DNA of 64,000 nucleotides from Eledone cirrhosa (taxonomy: Eukaryota). Position numbers and translations under genes: made by a program. The notes under the pieces were generated by a model that worked only from the letters and a program-made list of their open reading frames with translations, did not search any database and was not told the origin of the DNA. Shown in pieces: positions 44,003-58,440 of this stretch. Position 1 is the first letter of the stretch; each line of letters begins with the position of its first letter. The DNA is taken from positions 130,696,001-130,760,000 of the forward strand of contig OZ024745.1 in NCBI GenBank assembly GCA_964016885.1. The letters are read 5' to 3'.

Positions 44003-44188
44003 AATTGATTCTACTTTTGGCACAAGGCCAGCAATTATCCAGTGCAATACTGGTACTTTATTTTATCGACCCCGTAAGGATGAGAGGCAAAGTTAACCTC
44101 GGCTGGATTTGAACCCAGAATGGGAAGGGCCGTAACTCTATGCGTCACAGCATGGCGTCCGACCCTCTGCCGATACTGCCATTCCACC
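44003..44188 (-). mobile_element. tRNA-derived SINE family A, full length
   Basis: Reverse complement of the A box, B box, core and tail. Confidence 0.88.
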
Positions 44189-44475
44189 GAATGAGCGCAT
44201 ATCTGTCGCGCAATTCATGAGACTCGTGACTATTGAGGATATACAAAGAAACCAGATCATTTCCTACAACAAACATTTAAAGAGAAACCCAAAGGTGCGA
44301 TTCTAAACAGAATATGCCTTCATTAAGTATAATTCTGAGCTATAGCGTCTTTTGAGCATAAGCAACACCGGGTATTCTGTTAGTATACAAACACACACAC
44401 ACATATGATACACAAACACTCATACACTCACAAACACACAAACGCACACTGGCACACACACATATATATATATGT

Positions 44476-44865
44476 AAAGTCCCGACCGCGGAGCTAAGCG
44501 GTTTCGAAACCACTTAGCGCCGCGGACAGGGTTTTACGCATCTCTATACCTACTCTATATCTCCCCATGCATCGAATACTCCCATGATTAGGGGTTTCCT
44601 CGGTCTCAGGACCACAGACACACACACGCACTCTCTCTCTCCCTCTCTCTCTCTCTCCTCTCTCCGCTCTCTCTCTCTCTATATATATATATCAGATAGA
44701 GTGTAGTAAAAAAACAGGTAGACCATAATCAACCAGAGTACTCGATACTTGGGGCAGTAGAGTGGGTAATATGAAAGGATTCAGGACCCTAACGGCTGAG
44801 CTCCGGATCTAGCTGTGGAAACGGCTGGAGCCCAGCGCCGTCGGGGTCCTGAATCTTTTCATTCA
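44476..44865. mobile_element. Two diverged 'GUC'-type fold-back elements (44476-44615 and 44700-44865)
   Basis: Palindromes containing GAAACCGC..GCGG-TC and GAAACGGC..GCCG-TC, each with an ACTC..GART tail. Confidence 0.65.
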
Positions 44866-44942
44866 TATATATATATATCCAGGGAGTGTAACTTGGAGTT
44901 ACTGAAGGTTCACCCGGGCGAGCACTCGTCCTTGTTTTATTT

Positions 44943-44980
<38 letters not shown>

Positions 44981-44984
44981 TATA

Positions 44985-45084
<100 letters not shown>

Positions 45085-45142
45085 ATATTAAAAAAATAAT
45101 GAATAAAACAATGAAACAGTTCCTTATATTAAACAAAAAAAG

Positions 45143-45200
<58 letters not shown>

Positions 45201-45251
45201 CTTATATATGAATAAAACAATGAAACAGTTCCTTATATTAAACAAAAAAAG

Positions 45252-45309
<58 letters not shown>

Positions 45310-45524
45310 TAATTTTGATCAATACACAATATTATTGATCATGTCTGGTAATCGCTGCTCGATAATATAATAGTTACGTTAAGAACAGATCAGGGAAACC
45401 CATCAGTTAATATTACCGAGACAAACGTATCCAAGACTATAGATTGTACATATAAAAGACATACGGAAGATTGCGAAGGCAAGCAATGAACTTACGTGTA
45501 GTTGATAAAAACTGATTCGTAAAT

Positions 45525-45613
45525 CCTATACAGTTCTGTTTCGAGCTGCAAAAAATAATGCCGATTACCATTATTAGAAGGCGTCGTTAAGATTTCTGGC
45601 GCTCCTCAGTAGG
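45525..45613 (-). ncRNA. Type I hammerhead ribozyme motif
   Basis: CCUA-CUGAGGA-(long stem II)-GAAA-CAG-AA-CUG-UA-UAGG: stems I and III pair and the cleavage triplet is GUA. Confidence 0.6.
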
Positions 45614-45841
45614 TAACATCTTATTTACACATATTTCTATTACTCTATTGCGTGGTAAAACGTTGGCTTCTACCATGAATGAATACAAATATATAAATAT
45701 ATATAAATTTAATAACCTCGTCAGCATCCGTCTATCACAGCAGGACAGATAATGCCTCTGTTAATATATGTGGTGGGAAACATTGTAATAGACAATAAAT
45801 TGAGTTCCTCCGATACATCACTGATTTTTCATTTTCCATTC

Positions 45842-45881
<40 letters not shown>

Positions 45882-45921
45882 TTCAAAAGATTAACAAAAT
45901 AGATATTCTTGTGATCAAGTA

Positions 45922-45988
45922 TATTTTATTATACATATTTCAGAGGTACTGAGTTAACTTCAACAGTACGTCCTCATCAGATAAAATA
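45922..45988 (-). ncRNA. Minimal type I hammerhead ribozyme motif
   Basis: UAUUUUAU-CUGAUGA-GGACGUACUG..CAGUACCUCU-GAAA-UAUGUA-UA-AUAAAAUA, with an 8-bp stem I. Confidence 0.72.
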
Positions 45989-46140
45989 AGATGATACATG
46001 ACATACCCTGACATAGTAGATGGTTAAGATTCAGTCATGGTAGTGAGTAATATATGGCAAAACTCAATATGTATCTACCTTAATATTTATATACCTTAAA
46101 ACTCATTCTTTGATTTATTCATTGAACCTTGTTTAACCTT

Positions 46141-46204
<64 letters not shown>

Positions 46205-46209
<5 letters not shown>

Positions 46210-46630
46210 GAGTTAAACAAGATTCAATAAGTACACCAAAGAATGAGTTTTACAGTAGATTGGAAGCACTCTACAGAAAATATTTTCCAGATTTATTAAT
46301 ATTAAAATCAAATATTAATAAAATAGATGTTCTTGTGATCAATTAAATTTAATTATACATATTTCAGAGGTACAATAATACGTTCTCATCAGATAAAATA
46401 AAATGATACATGACATACTCTGAGATATTAGATGCTTAAGATTTAATCAAGGTAGTACTACCTTGATTAAATCTTAAACCTTGATTAAATCTTAACCATC
46501 TAAGATCTCTGGGTATGTCATGTATCATTTTATTTTATCTGATGAGAACATACTGTTGTACCTCTGAAATATGTATAATTAAATTTAATTGATCATAAGA
46601 ACATCTATTTTATTAATATTTGAATTTAAT
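46205..46630 (-). mobile_element. Fold-back hammerhead element
   Basis: Arms at about 46300-46455 and 46458-46630, centred on GGTAGTACTACC. Both arms carry a CUGAUGA..GAAA core. Confidence 0.78.
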
Positions 46631-46640
46631 ATATATATAT

Positions 46641-47250
46641 ATGGTGGCTGCCAACTCGTTTTCGAGTATGGCCACTACTTTATATCCATGTAGGAGAACC
46701 CCCACCGATGCGCTGAACGAGTGTGACATTTTAGTCCAGCCAGCGACTTGAAAACTCTGGTACAAACACTACACTTCTGACAATTATTGATACATAGTGC
46801 TGGTCCCATGGTACCCTGTGACGACAAGTGCAGAGAGATCTCCAGATATAAAGCAATGCCTGTGCCGTGAAGCTTTTATAGTGAGCAAAGGCACTGCACA
46901 AAGCCACTCCCACTCTCTTAACCAAGATGATATTTACCAAAAAGAAGAACAAGTCAACATCATTGGATACCATCAGGGTTGCAGGTGTTATATCAGAGTT
47001 TTCCTTCTCCTAGAATTCTGCCTTGACAAAGGCTAAGGGGTCATCTCTCCCGGTGATTTTGGATGGCCATTGACTCTTAAGAGCTCCTTTGCCCTATAGC
47101 AGGTTTTGTTTTTAGTCCTGCAGGATGTCCAAAGTCACCCTCCTCACCAAGAAACCTTGGTGGGGGTTGCCAGTTTAGTCACCAACGACCCGACCATGAG
47201 ACAGGTTGTACTGGGATACATGCTACCAGTAGCATCAACTGGTGACCTGA
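46641..47250 (-). mobile_element. Probable non-autonomous, internally deleted RTE derivative (5' UTR joined to 3' end)
   Basis: 46641-46718 is an RTE-type 3' end. The upstream part contains GGAGAAGGAAAACTCTGAT, reminiscent of RTE 5' UTRs. Flanked by (TA)n. Confidence 0.5.
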
Positions 47251-47508
47251 CATATATATATATATATATATTGTTGTCGCTGTTGCTATTGTTGTTGTTG
47301 TTGCTATTGTTGTTGCTAGTTTTATTGTTGTTGCTATTGTTATTGTTGTTGTTGTTGCTATTGTTGTTGTTGTCTCTATTGTTGTTGCTGTTGCGATTGT
47401 TGTTGCTAGTGTTATTGTTGTTTCTGTTGATGCGACTGGTGTTAATAATATTCACATCATCAGCATCGTCATCATCATAATCATTATGATGACAATCATC
47501 ATTATCAT

Positions 47509-47566
<58 letters not shown>

Positions 47567-47681
47567 GATAAATCTACCAAGAGTTTACGGATAATATATA
47601 TATATATATTAGAAGCTATAGCTTCTAATTTGAATGGAAAGAGACGGGTGATGTGTTGGTGTAAATGGTAGCACAGTGGTC

Positions 47682-47728
<47 letters not shown>

Positions 47729-47784
47729 GATAACAAGTTTTCTTTATAGGTGATCCACTTAGAGGTAGTCCAGTTAGAGTACTC

Positions 47785-48998
47785 CGTGTTGTGCAACAGC
47801 AACAACAACAATAGCACCAACAACAACAATAGAAACAGCAACAACAATAGCACCAAGAACAACAATAGCAACAACAACAACAATAGCAACAAGAACAACA
47901 ATAGCAACAACAACAATAACAACAGCAACAACAATAACAACAGCAACAACAATAACAACAGCAACAACAATAGCAACAGCAACAACAATAACAACAGCAA
48001 CAACAGTAGCACCAACAACGACAATAGCAACAGCAACAACAACAACAACAGTAACGACAATAGCAACAGCAACAACAATAACAACAGCAACAACAATAAC
48101 AACAGCAACAACAATAGCAACAGCAACAACAACAACAACAGTAACGACAATAGCAACAGCAACAACAATAACAACAGCAACAACGATAGCAACAGCAACA
48201 ACAATAGCAACAGCAACAACAACAACAATAGCAACAGAAACAACAACAACAACAACCCCAGCAACAGTAACGACAATAGCAACAGCAACAACAATAGCAA
48301 CGGCAACAACAACAACAACAACAACCCTAGCAACAGTAACGACAATAGCAACAACAACAACAATAGCAACAGAAACAACAACAACAACAACCCTAGCAAC
48401 AGTAACGACAATAGCAACAGCAACAACAATAGCAACGGCAACAACAACAACCCTAGCAACAGTAACGACAATAGCAACAACAACAACAATAGCAACAGCA
48501 ACAACAACAGCAACAACCCTAGCAACAGTAACGACAATAGCAACAGCAACAACAATAGCAACAGCAACAACAACAACAACAACAACAACAACCCTAGCAA
48601 CAGTAACGACAATAGCAATAGCAACAGCAACAACAACAACAACAACCCTAGCAACAGTAACGACAATAGCAACAACAACAACAATAGCAACAGAAACAAC
48701 AACAACAACAACCCTAGCAACAGTAACGACAATAGCAACAACAACAACAATAGCAACAGCAACAACAACAACAACAACAACAACAACCCTAGCAACAGTA
48801 ACGACAATAGCAACAGCAACAACAATAGCAACAGCAACAACAACAACAACAACAACAACAACAACCATATCAACAGTAACGACAATAGCAATAGCAACAG
48901 CAACAACAACAACAACCCTAGCAACAGTAACGACAATAGCAACAACAATAGCAACAGCAACAACAATGACAACAGTAACGACAATGACGGCAACACGA
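47785..48998. repeat. Compound (AAC)n-type satellite with higher-order units
   Basis: An AAC/AGC/AAT triplet array with CCTAGCAACAGTAACGACAATAGC recurring about every 54-66 bp. Confidence 0.9.
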
Positions 48999-50859
48999 TA
49001 GTGCATGAAATGATGTCACATTTCCAATTGTAAAGGTAATAAAACGCTACATGAGCAAAATTATCTAAATGAGCTTACACATATACACATACACACATAC
49101 ACACATGCGTTTAGGCAAAGTTACACATACAAACATGCCACATACGCAAATTATGAAAATGAAACTACACACACGTGTATACATATACACATAGATACAT
49201 GTGTTCAGACAACGTTAGACACACAAACACGCTACATGCGCAAATTATGAAAATAAAACTACACATATACATCTACATACACACCTACACACATGGATTC
49301 AGACAAACATACACACACAAACACACAGCATGGGAAAATTATGAAAATGAAACTACACACATACGTACACACCCACGCGAACAGGAAGACGCACAAACAC
49401 ACAAATACACATAACGCACATGTAGAAGCTGATGCAGTCATAAACATATATATTCACATATATATATACAGATATATATACACATATATATACACATATA
49501 TATACACTAAAATATAAACAAATGAATGAATAAATGAATTATAATTCCTTCGTAATTTGACTTCGATTTTTCAATCACTGAAATATCAAAGTCGATGGGA
49601 TATCATTTAGTTGGCATTGTCTCCTAAAATTATGTTTAGAAGCAATCTAATTATTCTTAAAGGGTAAGTGGAATATATTTCCAGCAATGAACTTTACAAT
49701 AAGCAGCAACACGCTTGTATTGGCATGGAAGTTCTTCGTTCTTTTATTTGAAAGATTCCTATTTATTCGTCGGAAATTTTGCACATGCGCACACATGGGT
49801 GAAAAAAGCACATATACATACTGACACACACAAATGGTATGCATACATGTATACATGTATACATGCATGCATGCAATGTCTCTCTTGCTGGCTACATACT
49901 CACACACAAATGGTATGCATACAAAAATACATGTATACATGCATGCAATGTCTCTCTTGCCGATAACAACATGAACATCAGGAATCATGATGTTAACGAT
50001 GATGATGAAAACGATATAAACAAAAACAACTAAAAATAAGAAAGAAAAACAACAATATTAGTGTACAACAGCAGGGGAGGTATAGAATATATAGAAAAAT
50101 AAATACAAGAGCAATAAAAATCAAAAGAAACGAAGCGATGATGACATTATTCAAAATCCTCATCAAGGTGCTCGGAAATAAGTCGTGACGAACGAAAGGA
50201 AGTAATCTGATTAATTAAATATAAAGAGGAGGTGATTTTGTCAAGCCATTCTGATACAGAATAGCGGAACCCCCTACACAAATGAATAATCAAAGTATTA
50301 ATAAATATTAAATAAATAACCTAGAAATGTGTGCAGTGTACATTGATTACACTGCATATATAATATCATTTCAAATCATGAATGACTTTGCAATCGTGTC
50401 TGTTTTGAAGAAGCTGGAAAGCTTGGACAAAGTTGTGAGGAGGTAGCATGACTTTCTGTGATATGAGATAATATAGATATCTGTGCTTGGATATTTATAA
50501 ATAATACTCTGGTTAAACATACAGAAAAATAAAGCGGCATTGGATAGGACTATAAATGAGAGGAAAAGGGGTGGAAGAGCAAGGACTACTAGACTAAGTA
50601 AGAAAGAAAAGGAGGAATAGAGATTGTAACTCTAGACCTAGATTAGAGCAGTGTTATACCTATTATATGTTTTATTAGATCAGATACGAACCAATTACGT
50701 ATTAGTAACAATTGTCGACTTTCTTGAATATACCATTCTACTCAGACTTGTCAAGATATTCTGCGAGTGCGTAGGTGAAACATCAGAACAACAAGTCAAG
50801 GACATTAATAACTCCACTTCGATATTGAGTACTCTCTCTCTCACTCTATATCTCTCACT

Positions 50860-50891
<32 letters not shown>

Positions 50892-50932
50892 CTATCAATC
50901 TATCTACTTATCTCTCTCTCTCTCTCTCTCTC

Positions 50933-50964
<32 letters not shown>

Positions 50965-50968
<4 letters not shown>

Positions 50969-51286
50969 GATTCAATACCACGACGGCTGAGCTCCGGGCA
51001 TTTCGAGCCGGAATCTTTTCATATTACCCACTCTACTACCCCAAGTATCGAGTACGCTGGAGCGTTATGGTCCACCTTCTCTTATATATATATAAATATT
51101 CAATGATATTAAATAAATAGAAACTATACTTATAAAACCATATTTATTCTAATATGGTTTTATAAATATAGTTTCCATTTATTTAATATCATTGAATACT
51201 TACTCCAGAAAATTGTCGAGTGCTTCCTCTGAATCTGTTATAAACATCTATATTTGTTGGATTTCCAACAAATTAAATATCTCTTC

Positions 51287-51290
<4 letters not shown>
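50965..51290 (+). mobile_element. Two adjacent fold-back remnants with bulged-hairpin tails
   Basis: ACTC-TAC..GTA-TC-GAGT at 51030-51053; palindrome at 51095-51198 followed by ACTC-CAG-AAAA-TTG-TC-GAGT at 51202-51221. Confidence 0.7.
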
Positions 51291-51839
<549 letters not shown>

Positions 51840-52075
51840 ACACGGGTGTGTATGATTGTGTATATAAGATGATATTAATAAAAGGAATTCCAACTTTGTC
51901 TGATTTATTCGTTTTATTTACAATCCTTTAAAATTATAATGATATTAGAATAAAATAGTATGGTAGAATATTAAATGTTAAGTGTTAATTGAACAAGTAC
52001 TTTCATGCTTTCGCAATCTTCAGGTTCACATTCTGTGGTGACAGTCAAGTTTGCAATTTTCAACTGTCATATTTT

Positions 52076-52121
<46 letters not shown>

Positions 52122-52324
52122 TTGTAGATGATTTCTGAAGTAAGGTGCGGATGAGGAGGCGGAGTGTTTAGAGATAGGATATTTGACGGATGTTTAACGA
52201 GCGGAGTGTGGTGTATTAGTAAGTTACCTTGGGTACTGCCATGGCAACAAAGAATAGTCAAAGTGACAACTACGGCATGAAGAAGTATGTCTTCTCTATA
52301 CCAGAATGTCTGTGAATATTATAA

Positions 52325-52442
52325 CTGAGTTCAAATCCCGCCGAGGTTAACTTTGCCTTTCATCCTTACGGGGTCGATAAAATAAAGTACCAGTAATGTA
52401 CTGGGGTAATTGCTGGCCTTGTGCTAAAAGTAGAAACAATTA
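52325..52442 (+). mobile_element. tRNA-derived SINE family A, 5'-truncated
   Basis: B box, core and tail. Confidence 0.82.
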
Positions 52443-52770
52443 TTTATATTCTTGGTCTGATACTCTTGATATATTCACTTTTAGGTAATATTCCTTGCAT
52501 GTATCATATATCTTCAAAACAGCTTCTTTTTATAATACTTTTCAATATTTTGCTGTCTTTTCATTGTGATATTATTTCGCTCTTATTCTTCAGTATATTG
52601 TAAGTGTTACTAATAATTATAATTAGTCTTCTCAAATATAATGTATCATAATAAATGTCCTAAGGATTACGAATTTATTTGTTATAACATCGTCTATGCT
52701 CCGATGAATCCAAACATTTGTATAGAAGAAACGACTGTTAGCTATTAAATGCATTAAACAAAAATTTTCA

Positions 52771-52872
52771 ATCGAGGTTAACTTTGCCTTTCATCCTTAC
52801 GGGTTCGATAAAATAAAATACCAGTAATGCACTGGGTAATTTCTGACCTTGTGCCAAAAGTAGAAACAATTA
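52771..52872 (+). mobile_element. tRNA-derived SINE family A, 5'-truncated
   Basis: Core and tail only. Confidence 0.78.
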
Positions 52873-53164
52873 TAACTTTTAACTTTTAATTCTGGATATT
52901 TATATTAGCAGAATGCGAGATGATTTGATCCGTTGGATCTCAAAGTGGTTTTATTTTTTTTTATTTTATATTTATTTTTCATTTTTTCAATTTAAAAATG
53001 CTATTCATGTTTAAGAAATGAAAATAGAGCAAGAATAAAGCAAATAACAGTAAAATAAGTGGTTTTATATACTTTGTAACCTAGTTTTGTTTTGAAAAAT
53101 GTATGCTGAGACTGTGTTACTTTAGTATTAAATATATTTTGGTCTGCCTTGGAGTATACATGAG

Positions 53165-53202
<38 letters not shown>

Positions 53203-53433
53203 CGTCACTGAATATTTTCTAGTAATCTTCACCAAACATACCGTGATACATTGTGACCCATCTATAAAACGCCTATAAATTTGATTTCCATAATAGACTG
53301 ATGTGTTTCTTCATTGATTGGTCTACATTACGCAAAAATGGTGCACAACTTTAATATTACAAAGACATAATGATGAATTCACATCAAACGTCTGTGATAT
53401 TAATTATCCCGTAATATACATACATACATATGC

Positions 53434-53542
<109 letters not shown>

Positions 53543-53553
53543 ATATATATATA

Positions 53554-53688
<135 letters not shown>

Positions 53689-53849
53689 TACAATTAGTTG
53701 AAGGTGGCAGACGGATTAAAGAAATAGAAAAAATATATGTTGATTCGATTGCAAATTGATATTGGCATTTGCTTTTAATGTATATACGTATGTATGTGTA
53801 TATGCTTGTATGTATATATGTTCGTACTTGCCTGTATCATTGGATATTA

Positions 53850-53930
<81 letters not shown>

Positions 53931-54539
53931 TATAAATGCGTGTATATCTCTGCATATAGATATATGTGCGTCTGTGTGTATATCTGTGTGTATATATATA
54001 TGTGTGTGTGTGCGTGTATTCATATGCTACAATTTATCAACGGTAAAAGATGAGAATATTTCATTCAATTTGTAGCTAATATTGTATATATAAACCGAAT
54101 TTTTGTATTCGAGTTCTCAACATAGATGCGGACTATATTTGTTTAGTACTTCAGGCCAGTTTTAGATATATTGAAGCACAATCGTTCCTTAGTAAATGAC
54201 TATTATATATGTTGGCTAATATCCACAGAATATCCACCATGTTATTAGGATCGTCTGTAGAGTTGGTGCTGTTTCGAATGATAGGTAACAAACAATTGTA
54301 CTTCCGCTTTATGAACGAAAGGATATCACAATAAGGTATGGCAACCACAGAAGAATTGCTTACAGTCAAGTAAGGTTTCTAGCAAATATTCTTCTTTTTT
54401 TTACATCTGTTACAACCTGGATGTTCAACTGGAATATACGAGGAACAACCGAAGGCATGTCCGTTCTACTTGCATTGGCATGAGTGTCTAAAGCCTTTTT
54501 GCCAAAGGCGTATGTGTGAGTCTAGAATGTTTAATTCGT

Positions 54540-54781
54540 AAAGAAAATCCTGATGATTTCCTTTGAATGAAACAGTTCTAGTCCTGTAGAAGCCATTTCT
54601 ATATTAAATTCGTTGTTTACACTCTACTAATGTATTGAGTATCTTATTTACTGTGGTTACCCCCGATTGAACACCACCTTCCCCAACCACCAGAAAACAT
54701 ACAAATACCACGTATTACAATGACAGTTGGCTTTTCTGATGATTCCCGTTGAATGAAACAGTTCTAGCCCCGTAAAAGCCA

Positions 54782-54785
<4 letters not shown>
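54540..54785 (+). mobile_element. Partial direct tandem of a hammerhead-like unit
   Basis: CTGATGA-TTYCCKTTGAAT-GAAACAGTTCTAG occurs near 54550 and 54736, with the hairpin ACTC-TAC-TAAT-GTA-TT-GAGT at 54621-54640 between them. Confidence 0.65.
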
Positions 54786-54855
<70 letters not shown>

Positions 54856-55033
54856 AAGGCCCCCATATCGGACACTAATGACCATGGTATTGCACCCAAA
54901 AAGTGTCCCCCGATGCACAAGCCTGCGCAAGGTTTGTTTGTGGAAGAACAGTAGTCTATATATATATATAGGTAATTAGTCCAGAATTAGCCGTCGAAAC
55001 GGCTTGAGCTCAGCCGTCGGGGTCCTACTCGTT

Positions 55034-55086
<53 letters not shown>

Positions 55087-55348
55087 GCTTGACCGCTTGA
55101 CCGCTCCACTCACTCCCTATTGTTCTACAAGCAAGTTCAGCCACCCCTACCTCCCACCAAATGCCATGTTAGACTTATTTGTGTTTACAACAAATGTTAA
55201 CCAATCCTCTTCACAACTACAATCTTCCCATATAAGGAAGTACCCCCTTGAAAAGTTCGGCTATTTATTCACCAGGTTAAAAATTCTAATTTAATCCAGA
55301 AATCGCCGTCGAAACGGCTCGAGCTCTGCCGTTGGGGTCATACTTTTT

Positions 55349-55410
<62 letters not shown>

Positions 55411-55473
55411 TATATATATATAGCAGTGAAGTATATCTCTAATGAGTTGATTTTTTATTTCATTGTTTTAACT

Positions 55474-55547
<74 letters not shown>

Positions 55548-55656
55548 TATAAATAAATCCGTAGAGCAAATATTTATTCGTAGCACAGATTAAAGTTTAA
55601 GTATCTCTGCTTTCACCCTATACGGGATCGTCTGAAACTATCTATCTATCTATCAC

Positions 55657-55752
<96 letters not shown>

Positions 55753-56005
55753 TCAGAAAAGTAACAAAAAGAGGACAAAACAACGAATGAAAAACAATTT
55801 TTTAATGGGAAACCTTAAAAAATTATTTTTTCAAAATAAAAATAATAACGATGGGTCATTGTCGTTGAGGTGGACTTCGGTAGTCCTGACCCTTACCAAC
55901 GGTACTGATAGCCCACCCGGGGTCACAGCGTCTGACACAAGCCAAACGCATGACGGGAGATAAAACATTAACTTTTAACAATTAATCTACAAGTACTATA
56001 GATAA

Positions 56006-56674
56006 TCTATATATCTAAAACAGAATGTCTGTCTGTCTGTCTGATTCCCTAAAACTCGAGAACCACCCAACCGATTGTTTTCAAACATTACACATGTAAT
56101 ACTTATGGCCCTGTGAGTGTTTTGAGAAAAGGAAATTTCAAATTTTCAATGCCCTAGGGTCCGCCTTAGGTGATTTAGCAATCTATCTCTATAATTCTTA
56201 TCTTTCTTTTTAGATTGTTCCCTTATAATATCTGTCTGTATGTCTGGCTGTCTGTATGTCTGTATGTCTGCATTACGACATTATGACGCTGTGTGTGTGT
56301 ATATATATTTATATATAGTGTGAGTATATATATATACCCTTCCACCACCTGTTTACCCCCCTTTTAATTTCAGTTTATTTTGATCATGCCTTTATTTTTA
56401 AATTTTCTCATTCCTTGTATTTTGATCATGCTTTATTTTTATTTATTATATTTTTTGTCTTTATTTGTTAATTTTTCATTCGCACCGTTTCCTTTCGCTA
56501 TATGTCTCTCCACCACTCCCCTACACACCTTTTGAACTCTGTTCCCACACACTTCTCACCTGAAGAAGGGCTTATGCCCGAAACGTCGTCCCCCACCTAA
56601 CCCCCACTCTCCCGAGCGTGAATTTAATAAACATTTATCGTACTGCCTCTCTGTTCTGTCCCTGTTCAATTTTC

Positions 56675-56724
<50 letters not shown>

Positions 56725-56870
56725 TATATTCGTGTACAGATATTTTTGCATACACAATAACAAAATATAAACAAAAGTATTTATTTCACGAGGCTCGATA
56801 AGGATAAATATATATCAAATATTTAACAACCCTAGAGCAAATCCCGAGCAACGCCGGGCCATTCTGCTAG
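56006..56870 (+). mobile_element. Non-autonomous Helitron
   Basis: Starts with TC after a host A and has (GTCT)n near the 5' end. Subterminal hairpin CCCGAGCAACGCCGGG; ends CTAG before a host T; no TSD. Confidence 0.75.
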
Positions 56871-57399
56871 TGTACAATAAAATAACTTAGTTACTTTATC
56901 TAGTCCGCTATTTGATTATTCATCTAAACATATTTCATTTATTTCACCTTAAGCTTGTCATTTAGTTCGCACTGTAATTTTTCCCTTGTTCATTTATCCT
57001 TTTATTGGAAGTATGTTTCGTACAGTATAATCCGCATCTATCACACAAGTCGTTTTGAGCAGAGTCAGAGAGACACGTTTCGCAATACCAGGGGAAATTA
57101 CTGACAAGTTCATAGGAAATATATAAATATATTTAACCGGACCAATAACACTAATCTGCCTCATATTGCTTTATTACTTGTATTTTTCTATTTTTATTAT
57201 ATACAATTAAATGTGTGTAGGTGGGTGTGTGAGTGTCTGTGTATGTCTGTGTGTGTGCCTGTGTGTGTGTGTGTCTGTGTGTCTATGTAATAAGCAAATA
57301 AACGGTGAGGTTTAAGTAGTTGCCAACTCCGAATGCCAAGGGGTCCGTAGGTTTGATGTCTGTCTGTGATTGTTAACGAGTCATTTATATATATAGTAT

Positions 57400-57452
<53 letters not shown>

Positions 57453-57517
57453 ATATATATAATATAACATATATAAAATATATGCATGTATATATATATA
57501 TAATGTATATATATATC

Positions 57518-57593
<76 letters not shown>

Positions 57594-57624
57594 CAATCAG
57601 GGAGTTACTGTAGGAGCATATACC

Positions 57625-57679
<55 letters not shown>

Positions 57680-57741
57680 TATATATAATATAACATATAT
57701 AAAATATATGCATGTATATATATATATAATGTATATATATA

Positions 57742-57814
<73 letters not shown>

Positions 57815-57870
57815 ATATATATATATATATATATATATACAATCAGGGAGTTAATGTAGGAGCATATACC

Positions 57871-57948
<78 letters not shown>

Positions 57949-58440
57949 ATACCTTGGGAGGGTCATGTTGCCAATAAGAAACACACGCACCAGTTGCTTT
58001 CACTTCAATTTAATTTAATATATATTTATAAATTTACAAATTTATAAATTTCTGGTTGGTTGGTTGGTTCCACAACCAGATAGTTGTTTATATATATATA
58101 GTCATAGTTCTTTCGTCACACACTCTGTGACCTCTTCAGTGACTGGGGATTTCTTTCTTCGTTTCTGTGCCTTTCCTTTCTTCTATCCTACGCCATTTTG
58201 TTTGTGTGTGGGTTGCGTGCTCAGTTTGCGCATGCGCCACATCCGGGTGTCTGTGTGTGTTTGTGTTCATTTTTCTATTTTTCTATTTATATTTGTTTGT
58301 TTATTTATTTATTTATTGTTGGTTGGTTGTTTGTTCTATGTGTGTGTGTGTTTTCATTTTGTCTTGTGTGTGTTTTCATTTTGTGTGTGTTTTCAATTGT
58401 AAGTTGTTTATATATGTGTGTGTGTGTTTTCATTTTGTCC

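Noticed and set aside
47750-49033. 427-aa Asn-rich ORF and the antisense Leu/Val-rich ORFs
   Set aside because: Triplet satellite with no non-repetitive domain or splice evidence.
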